Shown piece after piece: positions 20,284 to 29,026 of a stretch of DNA of 64,000 nt. A program made the translations under genes and the position numbers. The DNA lies in contig CBDESU010000001.1 of NCBI GenBank assembly GCA_965242695.1, positions 800,001 to 864,000 of the forward strand, read 5' to 3'. Numbering within the stretch: position 1 is the stretch's first letter; each line of letters starts with the position of its first letter. The notes beneath the pieces are model-generated. The model was not told the DNA's origin. It saw only the letters and a list, made by a program, of their open reading frames with translations, and made no database searches. The stretch comes from Cenarchaeum sp. (GTDB taxonomy: Archaea > Thermoproteota > Nitrososphaeria > Nitrososphaerales > Nitrosopumilaceae).

Positions 20284-22083
20284 TTGGCCCGCAAAAGTGG
20301 ATGGCTCGACCGCGTCTCGCTGCGGATGCTCGGCAGCCAGTGGGCCTTTGTGTTCAGCCTGTTCTACGACCTTGAAGAGGCCGGCGCCCGCCTGGACCCG
20401 CTCATCCGAAGGTACCTCCCGATCGCCATCGCAACGTGCCTAGAGCTGTTCTACCGCCAGGTCGGGCAGCGCCTGTTCAATGCCAGCGCCCACATGCACA
20501 CCCCCATCAACATCAGCATCACGCTAGCCCGCATGGACGAGTTCCGGCGCGTCCTGGGCCTCTTTACGCAGGCCGACCTGTTCTGGCACAACCGCAGGGT
20601 CCAGGGCGTCGACGACATAAGGTCGATCCAGGAAGATCTCGGCATGGAGAGCGTGTTCAAGGACGACCCAAGGCTGCTCGACGTGTCGCACCGGATGTTC
20701 GGGGTGCGCAACGACAACGCGCACGGGGCCGGCGCCGGGCGGTACGACGTGCACCTGTTCCTGTGGGCGCTGCGCAGGCACCTTGAAAAGGTCCTCGGGC
20801 AGCTGCCTCCCCTGCGAGCCGTCTTTTGGCTGATCGGCGCGGGCAGGGCCGACCGGCGCGGCGACCGGGATGCCGCCCTCGGGCTCTGCCGCAAGGCGGC
20901 CGAGGAGGCAGACGCCGCGGCCGCTGCCGGCGCCGACCCGTCGGCGTGCCACGTGATCGCCGGCAAGGCGGCAGAGTGGTCGGGCGATCCAAAAGAGGCC
21001 GAATCGCGGTACGAAAAGGCGATTGCGGCGGATTCCGGCAACGCAAACGCGCACGCCGCCATGGGGTGCATGCTAGCGCAGTCCGGCAGCGCGGACGGGG
21101 CGCTAGCCGAGTACGACAGGGCCGTCGAGATCGAGCCGGGCTACGCGAGCGCGCACATGGGCAGGGGACACGTCCTTGCGCGCCTCGGCCGGGAGGGCGA
21201 GGCCCTTGAATGCTACCGGCGGGCGGCCGAGGCGGACCCCATGGATGCCGAGGCGCACATTGCGGCCGGCGCCGTCCACGAGTCGCAGGGCCGGCCGGCC
21301 GAGGCCCTTGAAAGCTACCGGCGGGCGGCCGAGGCGGATCCAACGGAAGCAGAGGCAGAGATTGCCGCCGGCAGGGTGCACATGTCGCAGGGCCGGGCGG
21401 CCGAGGCCCTTGAAAGCTACCGGCGGGCGGCCGAGGCGGACCCGTCGCACAGCAAAACGTACATTGCCGCCGGCCGGGTGCACATGTCGCAGGGCCGGGC
21501 GGCCGAGGCCCTTGAAAGCTACCGGAAGGCGGCAGAGGCGGATCCAAAGGATGCCGAGGCGCACATTGCCGCCGGCCGGGTGCACATGTCGCAGGGCCGG
21601 GCGGCCGAGGCCCTTGAAAGCTACCGGAAGGCGGCCGAGGCGGATCCAAAGGATGCCGAGGCGCACATTGCCGCCGGCGCCGTTCACGAGTCGCAGGGCC
21701 GGGCGGCCGAGGCCCTTGAAAGCTACCGGAAGGCGGCCGAGGCGGATCCAAAGGATGCCGAGGCGCACATTGCCGCCGGCGCCGTTCACGAGTCGCAGGG
21801 CCGGGCGGCCGAGGCCCTTGAAAGCTACCGGAAGGCGGCCGAGGCGGATCCAAAGGATGCCGAGGCGCACATTGCCGCCGGCGCCGTTCACGAGTCGCAG
21901 GGCCGGGCGGCCGAGGCCCTTGAAAGCTACCGGAAGGCGGCGGAGGCACTCGACAAGAGGCAGGGCGGCGCAGCCGAATCCATGCAGGACAGCAGCGCCG
22001 CTCCCGATCCGGCCGGCACAAGGGATGCGGCCGGCCTCGCGCTGGATCGGCTGCGTAAAAGGCAGGGCCGGCTCCGCGCATGA
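20284..22083 (+). CDS. HEPN-domain plus TPR-repeat protein
   Basis: TTAAATA at 20254, TTG at 20284; CLELFYR...RNDNAH (Rx4H motif); about 11 TPRs of 34 aa. Confidence 0.75.
   Translation: MARKSGWLDRVSLRMLGSQWAFVFSLFYDLEEAGARLDPLIRRYLPIAIATCLELFYRQVGQRLFNASAHMHTPINISITLARMDEFRRVLGLFTQADLFWHNRRVQGVDDIRSIQEDLGMESVFKDDPRLLDVSHRMFGVRNDNAHGAGAGRYDVHLFLWALRRHLEKVLGQLPPLRAVFWLIGAGRADRRGDRDAALGLCRKAAEEADAAAAAGADPSACHVIAGKAAEWSGDPKEAESRYEKAIAADSGNANAHAAMGCMLAQSGSADGALAEYDRAVEIEPGYASAHMGRGHVLARLGREGEALECYRRAAEADPMDAEAHIAAGAVHESQGRPAEALESYRRAAEADPTEAEAEIAAGRVHMSQGRAAEALESYRRAAEADPSHSKTYIAAGRVHMSQGRAAEALESYRKAAEADPKDAEAHIAAGRVHMSQGRAAEALESYRKAAEADPKDAEAHIAAGAVHESQGRAAEALESYRKAAEADPKDAEAHIAAGAVHESQGRAAEALESYRKAAEADPKDAEAHIAAGAVHESQGRAAEALESYRKAAEALDKRQGGAAESMQDSSAAPDPAGTRDAAGLALDRLRKRQGRLRA
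21199..21950 (+). repeat. Tandem 102-bp TPR-coding repeats (about 7.5 units)
   Basis: gaggcccttgaa(a/t)gctaccgg at 21199, 21301, 21403, 21505, 21607, 21709, 21811 and 21913. Confidence 0.95.
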
Positions 22084-22374
22084 GCTCAGGTCCCCTACCT
22101 GTGTGACGCCTAGGCCGGCGTGGACCTGCCGGCATCTTGGCGGCGTACCGCATGGCATGCGCTCCGTCTAGGACGACAGGCAATGCCGGGCGATCGCCGA
22201 GTGGTTTGCATGAGGGCGGTGCAGGAGGGGCCGGATGCGGACACACTGCCGACGGACATGGGCTGGCGGCGCCGCACGGCGCCGGCCTGGGCGTCGTTCT
22301 GCGCCAGCATGATGCTTGATGGCGGCTGTTTGGCAGCGGAAACGACGGCTAGGAATGGGCGTTTGGCGGATCGG

Positions 22375-24993
22375 TCAAACCCCAGTCGGGGACGGGTCGT
22401 GGACCCCCGTCCCCTGGTACTGCGGCAGGTCTAGCCGAGTCGTCTTGGCGCCATGAACCCGGACTTCCGGGTCATCGGACTTGCAGGGGGGCGGTACGGA
22501 CGGCTTGATCGGCACATGCCAGTTGCCAGGCCTTCGCCTTCGCCTCTGCGGGGTGCCGCATCGCCGCATGCTCGGCGGCGGAGGCTTCGGAGGGTGCCGC
22601 AGCCTGGCGGGTGCAGGACGCGGCGCACGCAGCAATCGCGGCATCGACCGGCGGCTGTCGGCGCGGAGGCGGATCGATGGAGCTGCCTGGGACGGAGCGG
22701 CCCTGCTCCAGTGGGCTTGCGATGCCGTTCGTGGCATTACTCGAGGGGCTTGCGGGGACTGCCGGGCATGCAGGGCGATTGCAACGGCCACGGCCTCTTG
22801 GATCCTCGCATCCGCGGCCGCGGCCTCCACGGCCTTGGCCGCCTCCGCGGCCGCCCTGATGCTCGCATCCGCGGCCGCGGCCTCCACGGCCCTGGCCGCC
22901 TCCGCGGCCGCCCTGATGCTCGCCTCCGCGGCCGCCCTGATGCTCGCATCCGCGGCCGCGGCCTCCACGGCCCTGGCCGCCTCCGCGGCCGCCCTGATGC
23001 TCGCATCCGCGGCCGCGGCCTCCACGGCCCTGGCCGCCTCCGCGGCCGCCCTGATGCTCGCATCCGCGGCCGCGGCCTCCACGGCCCTGGCCGCCTCCGC
23101 GGCCGCCCTGATGCTCGCATCCGCGGCCGCGGCCTCCACGGCCCTGGCCGCCTCCGCGGCCGCCCTGATGCTCGCATCCGCGGCCGCGGCATCCGCGGCC
23201 GCCCCTTTACCCCCGCTGCCGCCGCCCGCCCGGGCCGCCGCGATGCACTCGGGCGGCATCGGGCCGTCGAGGGGGCCCCTCCCAGGCCTTGCCGGCTTCC
23301 CGGCGCCACCCCACCGGTTCGGCGCGACCTGCCCGACCTTGAATATGTCGGCCGGGTCGGCGCCGCGGGCGAGCGCGACGAACGCCTCGTCGAGCGGAAT
23401 GCCCTGCTTGTCGCACGTGAGTATGAACGAGAGTATGACCGAGAACACCCTTGCCCCCTCGACGGTGCGGAGCTGGTAGCGCACGTTGCGCTGCGCGACG
23501 GGCACGCGCCGCACGTCGCTCTCGCCGGGGTTGTTCGTCGGCGGCATGTCCTTGAACATCAGGAACGTGACCAGGTTCTTGGCCGCGTTCTCTATCTCGA
23601 CGCGCGACGGGTGGCCCTCTGGCAGGCGCCCCGCTATGTCCAGCGCCCTCTGGACTATGGAGTCGCGCTCCTCCTCGGGCGCCGTGTCCATCCCGCTTAC
23701 GCGCTCGTACAGGGAGCAGAACTCGTGGTACGCCAACCTGACGGCGGGATCGTCGCTCACGATGGCGGCCTTCTTGAAGTTGTTGATGACATGGCGCCAG
23801 CACCGCTGGATCTCGCCGAGGATGATCTCGTACACCTTGTAGCCGTCGACGACGCCTGCCAGCTGGCGCGCGAACGCAAACTCCTCGTCGAATATGCCCT
23901 TGCCGCGCGAGGGGCGCGCCACGACCATGGCCGCGCACGCCACCGTGAGCAGCCACAGGTAGCCCTGCCTGCCGAACATGCGCATCGTCGTCTCGTCAAA
24001 GTGGCCCCATCCCGTGGATGTGAGCAGCCTTTCAAGGTGCTTCATGAACGGCTCGAGGATGCGCGCGGCCGCCCTGCGCCCGTTCCACAGCGCCGAGGCG
24101 CACGCCGACGTCCCGAGCAGGCTCTCCAGGTAGCGCGACAGCTTGCGGTCCGTCGCGGCAAGCGCGTACAGGACGAGCATCTTTGAGAGCATGACGGGGC
24201 CGAACCAGGTGCCCTTCAGGTCCGGCGCGTCCGGCGCGCGCGACCACTCGTGGCACTTTGAGCACCACAACCTGCAGACGATCAGCTGCCACACGTGGAC
24301 GCGCCCGTCGTCCTCGCCGATCTCGACGAACGTCTTCGACTCGGGCTGCTTGGCCTGGTGGGCGTACGTGGCGCGGCCGCAGTGCAGGCACTCGAAGATG
24401 GGGTAGCGGACGACCTTTTCGGGCTTTAGGCGGTGCGAGGCGCCGGGGTGGCCCATGGGAGGGCCCAGCGCCGCATCGGGCTTGGGGCGCCCGCACGACT
24501 CCGCCTGCTCCCTGTCGAACGCCTTGGCCAGCGGGTTGTACAGGGACGGCATGCCGCGCCGGCTGTTGGGCGTCTCGTAGTACTCGAGCCTCTTCTTGAG
24601 CTTGCGCACCAGCGCCTCCAGCTCGGCCAGCTTGGCAAGGTCCTTGGGGTTGTGGTTGCCCTTTATGGCGTCGATCTGCCACTTGATCGCGTCGAGATCC
24701 CGCGACATGTCGTCTGCCGTGCGCAGGTGCCCGGCGCCGGCCTTCGCGAGCTCGACGGCCATCTCCATGAACCTGCCGGCATCTTCCGTCCTGGCAATGT
24801 CCGCCCGGACCTTGTAGTCCTCAAACTCTGCCTTGAGCCTGTGGACCAGGCGGATCAGACTTGCGATCTCGGCGCGCAGCAGGGCCTTTTCCCTCCCATG
24901 CGCATCCGGCTCGAGCCGTATCCGGGTGACGGCAGGGCAGCAGGCGCACATGACGTCTATGCTCCTCCCGCCGTCCTTGTCGACATGTGGCAC
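22375..24993 (-). CDS. IS66 transposase (TnpC-like) with a long Ala-rich repeat tail; start uncertain
   Basis: Coiled coil, NS..PS, GHPG, CxxC..CxxC, HFDET, YLW, VVDGYKVY, QRCWRH, PTNNxGExDVR. Confidence 0.88.
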   Translation of the reverse strand: MPHVDKDGGRSIDVMCACCPAVTRIRLEPDAHGREKALLRAEIASLIRLVHRLKAEFEDYKVRADIARTEDAGRFMEMAVELAKAGAGHLRTADDMSRDLDAIKWQIDAIKGNHNPKDLAKLAELEALVRKLKKRLEYYETPNSRRGMPSLYNPLAKAFDREQAESCGRPKPDAALGPPMGHPGASHRLKPEKVVRYPIFECLHCGRATYAHQAKQPESKTFVEIGEDDGRVHVWQLIVCRLWCSKCHEWSRAPDAPDLKGTWFGPVMLSKMLVLYALAATDRKLSRYLESLLGTSACASALWNGRRAAARILEPFMKHLERLLTSTGWGHFDETTMRMFGRQGYLWLLTVACAAMVVARPSRGKGIFDEEFAFARQLAGVVDGYKVYEIILGEIQRCWRHVINNFKKAAIVSDDPAVRLAYHEFCSLYERVSGMDTAPEEERDSIVQRALDIAGRLPEGHPSRVEIENAAKNLVTFLMFKDMPPTNNPGESDVRRVPVAQRNVRYQLRTVEGARVFSVILSFILTCDKQGIPLDEAFVALARGADPADIFKVGQVAPNRWGGAGKPARPGRGPLDGPMPPECIAAARAGGGSGGKGAAADAAAADASIRAAAEAARAVEAAAADASIRAAAEAARAVEAAAADASIRAAAEAARAVEAAAADASIRAAAEAARAVEAAAADASIRAAAEASIRAAAEAARAVEAAAADASIRAAAEAAKAVEAAAADARIQEAVAVAIALHARQSPQAPRVMPRTASQAHWSRAAPSQAAPSIRLRADSRRSMPRLLRAPRPAPARLRHPPKPPPPSMRRCGTPQRRRRRPGNWHVPIKPSVPPPCKSDDPEVRVHGAKTTRLDLPQYQGTGVHDPSPTGV
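22805..23202 (-). repeat. 57-bp tandem repeat encoding AAEAARAVEAAAADASIRA (about 6-7 units)
   Basis: Near-identical units visible directly; one partial 27-bp unit. Confidence 0.92.
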
Positions 24994-25398
24994 GCCCGCC
25001 TCTCTCCCCCTCTCGACCCGTCCGGCCGCGCTCCGCTTATCATCTGCTGTGTAAACAATTCTTAACAATCTTGTAAAAAACCTGTGACTTGCCCTCCCGG
25101 GAGGCGCCGCCGAGGGCGGCCGCGCGCGGCCACATGGCCGCCGCCGTGCGCGGCTCCTGCCGGCAGCAGCGGCAGCAGGCTCAAGAACGCCGGCTCGGGG
25201 GCCGCGCGGCCACATGGCCGCCGTCACGCGGCCTCAAGATGCCGGCGGAACGGGCCATGCCCTGGCATGCGCACTAGGCAGAGGGGCGGCGGCACGCCTA
25301 GGGAGGGGCATGCGGATGGGGGGGACCTGAGCTCATGCGGCTCCGCGATGCGGGCGACATGACAAGGTATATTAAGAACACAGGTAGGGGTCGCGGCA

Positions 25399-25596
25399 AT
25401 GGCAGGAAAGGATGACGCGACACAGATGGCGCCAATGACCGCGGAGGAAAAGGCCGAGTTTGACAAGGAGCGCGAGGATCAGCGCCGCCGACTCCGCGAG
25501 CGGTTCGAGAGGAGACTCGACGAACGCATCGATCAGCGCATCGATCAGAGCATCAAGCAGTGCATCAACGACCGGATATACTCGGTCTGGGACTAG
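25399..25596 (+). CDS. Small charged coiled-coil hypothetical protein
   Basis: TATATTAA at about 25368; RLDERIDQRIDQSI repeat. Confidence 0.55.
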   Translation: MAGKDDATQMAPMTAEEKAEFDKEREDQRRRLRERFERRLDERIDQRIDQSIKQCINDRIYSVWD

Positions 25597-25729
25597 GCCG
25601 CCGCGGGGTGGCCCCTCCCCTGTTTTCCATGGCTGGTGCGCCGTGGGTACAAGGCCGGTTTTTTTTTGCGGGCGACGGGTAGCCCTGCGCCGGACACGCC
25701 CTGCGACCCGGCGGGCCGCCGCCCCGTTG

Positions 25730-26215
25730 CCAATCGCAGATCGACCACACATCTCCGCGGATGCTCGGCGGCGGGGCGGGTCGTGCGATCTGCATGCGGC
25801 GCGGCCGGCCGACGCCGTTGAAAGCTGCCGGCGGGCGCAGGGACGAGAACGGCACCGCAAGCGTGTACCCGTCGGGCAAGGTCGCATGCTTGGGGGCAAA
25901 GTAGGTCGAGATGGCGGGCACGACGTGCACAGGCCGCACCGCCGCTGCGGGAGCGGTACGAGGTGGCGCCAGGCTCGGGGGTGTTCTCGGGGTGCCCTGT
26001 GGGGTCGAGGGGAGTAGTGGGACGGGGGATGGCGGCGGGGACGGCGAGGATGCCGCGTATCCGTCCACGTGTTTGCGCCGGGCGGCGCGGGAACGGGCGG
26101 GGGGGGGGGGGGGCGTGAGCAGGAGGACGCCGCCTCTGTGCAGGGGGCCGACCGTAGACGACATGCGCGCAGTCGTCGGCGACGCGTACAGGATGGCTAT
26201 AGGGGCCAGCGAAGG
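25730..26215 (+). pseudogene. Second decayed TBP-like gene
   Basis: DNA matches the 5078 copy (cgtgtacccgtcgggcaaggtcg, ggtacgaggtg, gtgttctcgggg, ctgtgcagggggccgaccgt); stop after GAK. Confidence 0.55.
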
Positions 26216-26365
26216 GCCGGAAACGGGATGCGGCGGCGCCCGAATCGACGATGCGGCAGGCGGCCGACCCCGTGCGCCGGTTCCCGCATAATGCATGGGC
26301 ATACAGGGCCCTGCCAGAGCCGGCAGTCTGCGATCGTATAAAAAACGCCGCAAGCGCGGCCCCGC

Positions 26366-27241
26366 ATGCCTGGCAGGCCGTCGGCGAGGCGGGAGCGCCG
26401 GCAGAACTGGCAGGCGTACGGCAGGGCGGCGGCCAAGTACACGGCGGCCGCAAAGTCGCTGATCCGCCTCGTAGAGTCGGCAAGGGGCGCCGCATCCGCA
26501 TGGTATGGCATGGACGAGCCTGCAATCGGCGGGGCCGCCCGCAAGGCGGCGGCCCAAATGTCGGCAGGCAGCGCGGACCGCAGGGATGCGGCCGAGAATC
26601 TGCTGAAGCTGTGCCGCCTTGACAGGGCGGGCCGCATCGAGATGCTTCCCGGCGTATGGAGGAGCGAGGTTGCGGCGGGGGCCGTGGGCATGGCGGCCCT
26701 GGCCAACATGGCCGCGGCCAGGTGGTCTGCAAGCGGCGCGCTGTCGAGCACGCCGGCGGCGCATGTAGTGCTTGCCGAGATGTCGGCATCGGATGCGTGG
26801 ATGGACTTTGCCGCGAGGGTGTATGCCGCCGAGCGCGCGGCCGTCGGGACGGCGCTGGAGGCGAGGCCGGCGGAGGAGCGCGCGGCCGAGGCGGCAAGGA
26901 ACGCCGAGCGGTCCGTGCCGACGCTGCCGCTGGAGGAATCCGAGGGGGGCGGCGGGGCGGCAGTCGGGGCGACGGGTGCAATGGGGCCGGGGGCGTCCGG
27001 CGGGCGGGCCGCGGAGGAGGGCGAGCGGGCCGCGGAGGAGGTGAGGAGGATTGCGGCGGGGGCGGATGCGAGGACGGCGGCGATGCGGCGCGAGGCGGCG
27101 AGCGTGTGGGCGGAGGCATCCGAGCTGTGGTCAAGGGTGCGCGAGGAGGCCGCGAGGGACGGCTACGCGTCCGCCGTCGCACTGGCCGCCGTGCAGGCAA
27201 AGACGGCAAAGGAGAATGCGGCGCGCCTGGGGGCCGCATAG
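26366..27241 (+). CDS. Ala-rich helical protein, family D
   Basis: TATAAAAA at about 26337; paralogue of 6783. Confidence 0.75.
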   Translation: MPGRPSARRERRQNWQAYGRAAAKYTAAAKSLIRLVESARGAASAWYGMDEPAIGGAARKAAAQMSAGSADRRDAAENLLKLCRLDRAGRIEMLPGVWRSEVAAGAVGMAALANMAAARWSASGALSSTPAAHVVLAEMSASDAWMDFAARVYAAERAAVGTALEARPAEERAAEAARNAERSVPTLPLEESEGGGGAAVGATGAMGPGASGGRAAEEGERAAEEVRRIAAGADARTAAMRREAASVWAEASELWSRVREEAARDGYASAVALAAVQAKTAKENAARLGAA

Positions 27242-27520
27242 CCGGATGCACTGCGCGCTTGGCCGCGGGGCACGGGCGCTGCATCGCCGGCGCGCACGGG
27301 GCGATCGAAAAGGCGCACGGGTGCGATTCCGCGGCGGCCGAACGAGGCGGCGGGCGTGCGGGGCGCTGCCGGCGGGCGCGGACGGCTTGAGGCCATGGTC
27401 CCCGCCGGGGAGGGGGGGGGGCGCCGCTGGCGACGGCGCGCATGGTGCAGCATGGCGGCCCCGATGTGCACGCGGCGCGCCACGGCCAATCTTATAGCAC
27501 GGCGCCCGCGGCGCGGCGCA

Positions 27521-28246
27521 ATGGCGGTGTCCTCGGCATGCGCGCTGTGCGGCCGCGCGTTCGAGCATCGCGGCCATTCTAGACACGCCTTCTGCAAGCA
27601 CTGTAGGGCCAAGGCCGACAGAAAGGTCGGCAGGGCGCGGATCGTCAAGTGCGGGGAGTGCGGCAGGCCGTTCTCTGCGACGGCCAGCAGGGCCCGCTAC
27701 TGCTCCGATCCGTGCCGCTCGGAGGCCCTGCGCAGGTACAACCGAGAGTACATGCGGCGGTACGTGGCAGACCCCGAGAAGCGCGCCATCTGCGCGGCGC
27801 GCACAAGGGCATCCGCGGCCGCCCGCAGGGCAAGGGCCAGGGAGGACAAGGAGGGGCGGGGGCAACAGGGGCCCCGGCGGCAGGCCGGCCCAGGCGCAGC
27901 GAGCCGGCCGCGCGCCGCGCCGTCCGGCACGGGCGTATGCGCGCTGTGCGGCCGCGCGTTCGCGCAGTACGGCCGTACGGCCCATTCCTACTGCAAGCGA
28001 TGCACGACAAAGGCCGACAGGGAGATCGCCAGGGTGCTGCGCGTGGACTGCAGGGAGTGCGGCAAGGAGTTCTCGACGACCAATCGAATCGTCCGCTACT
28101 GCTCGGATGCATGCCGCGCAGCCGGCAAGGCTCGCGGCAAGCGCGAGAGCAACCGCGAGCGCATGGCCGACCCCGAGAAGCGCGACCTAGCGGCGGCGCG
28201 CATCAGGGCGGGAAAGGCCGCCCGCGGCGGCGGCGCACGCGGGTGA
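27521..28246 (+). CDS. Basic tandem zinc-finger protein, family Z
   Basis: Same architecture; GCCAATCTTATA promoter. Confidence 0.8.
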   Translation: MAVSSACALCGRAFEHRGHSRHAFCKHCRAKADRKVGRARIVKCGECGRPFSATASRARYCSDPCRSEALRRYNREYMRRYVADPEKRAICAARTRASAAARRARAREDKEGRGQQGPRRQAGPGAASRPRAAPSGTGVCALCGRAFAQYGRTAHSYCKRCTTKADREIARVLRVDCRECGKEFSTTNRIVRYCSDACRAAGKARGKRESNRERMADPEKRDLAAARIRAGKAARGGGARG

Positions 28247-28352
28247 TGCGCGCGCCGGCGCGCCTCGGGACGCCTCTTCCGCAAGAGCCCGCCTCGGGTC
28301 CGCACCAGCCAATCTTGTAGGCGAATTAAATGCGCGGCGCAACGGAGAGGGG

Positions 28353-28450
28353 GATGGGCCTGCCGCCTGCATGCTGTGCGGCAGCGCGTTCGCGCAGTAC
28401 GGCCGCATGCCTAACGCCGGCAGGTGCAGATCTTGTGGGGCCGGTAGGCG
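28353..28450 (+). pseudogene. 5' fragment of family Z
   Basis: GPAACMLCGSAFAQYGR; mutated promoter GCCAATCTTGTA at about 28308. Confidence 0.5.
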
Positions 28451-29026
28451 CCTCGGCCTGTCCGACGCGCACTTTCCAATGCCCATGGTGGCGAGGGCAC
28501 CCGTCCGCGGGCCTGCAGGGGTGCAGGGATCACGGGGCGAGCGGGGCCTGCGCCCTCTCCTCCGCCACATGCGCCCGCCGCGGGTCGCCTCGGCCTGCCG
28601 ACCTGTCCCCCACAGGCGCAGTCCGGCGGGGAGGCGGGATGAACCACTTTTGGGATGCCGCAAGGCGCCGCCGCCGCCAGCACATTAAATAATACGGGGG
28701 GGGGGGGGGGGGGCGCCGCCAACGGAGCAGAGGCAAATTGAACCGTCATAGGGTCTCACCGGATCGACTGCGATCGCCGTTGCCGGCTGCGGGCGGGCAC
28801 CGAGAGGGGGGGGGGGGGTGGCGGATGCGGCAACCGTCCGAAATGCCCCCGCCAGCCTAGGGGCATCGGCGCGGCATCAACACGCGGCTCGGCATGCCGC
28901 CGCGCGCCGCGCCTTGGCGCCCTTGCAGTAGCCGCCCTGGCGATCGCACTGGCCGCCACGCTGCCGCAGTCGGCTGTCTGGGACGGCGATGCCGGCGACG
29001 GCAGTAGCAGCCAGCCAGTCCTGCAC

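Larger units (their letters stand above)
22078..25338 (-). mobile_element. IS66-family insertion sequence
   Basis: Perfect TIR gcatgagctcaggtcccc (22078-22095 and 25321-25338); 8-bp direct repeat ggctccgc at 22070-22077 and 25339-25346. Confidence 0.88.

Noticed and set aside
21199-23202. Tandem repeats as a possible CRISPR array
   Set aside because: Units are contiguous, multiples of 3 and protein-coding, with no unique spacers and no cas genes
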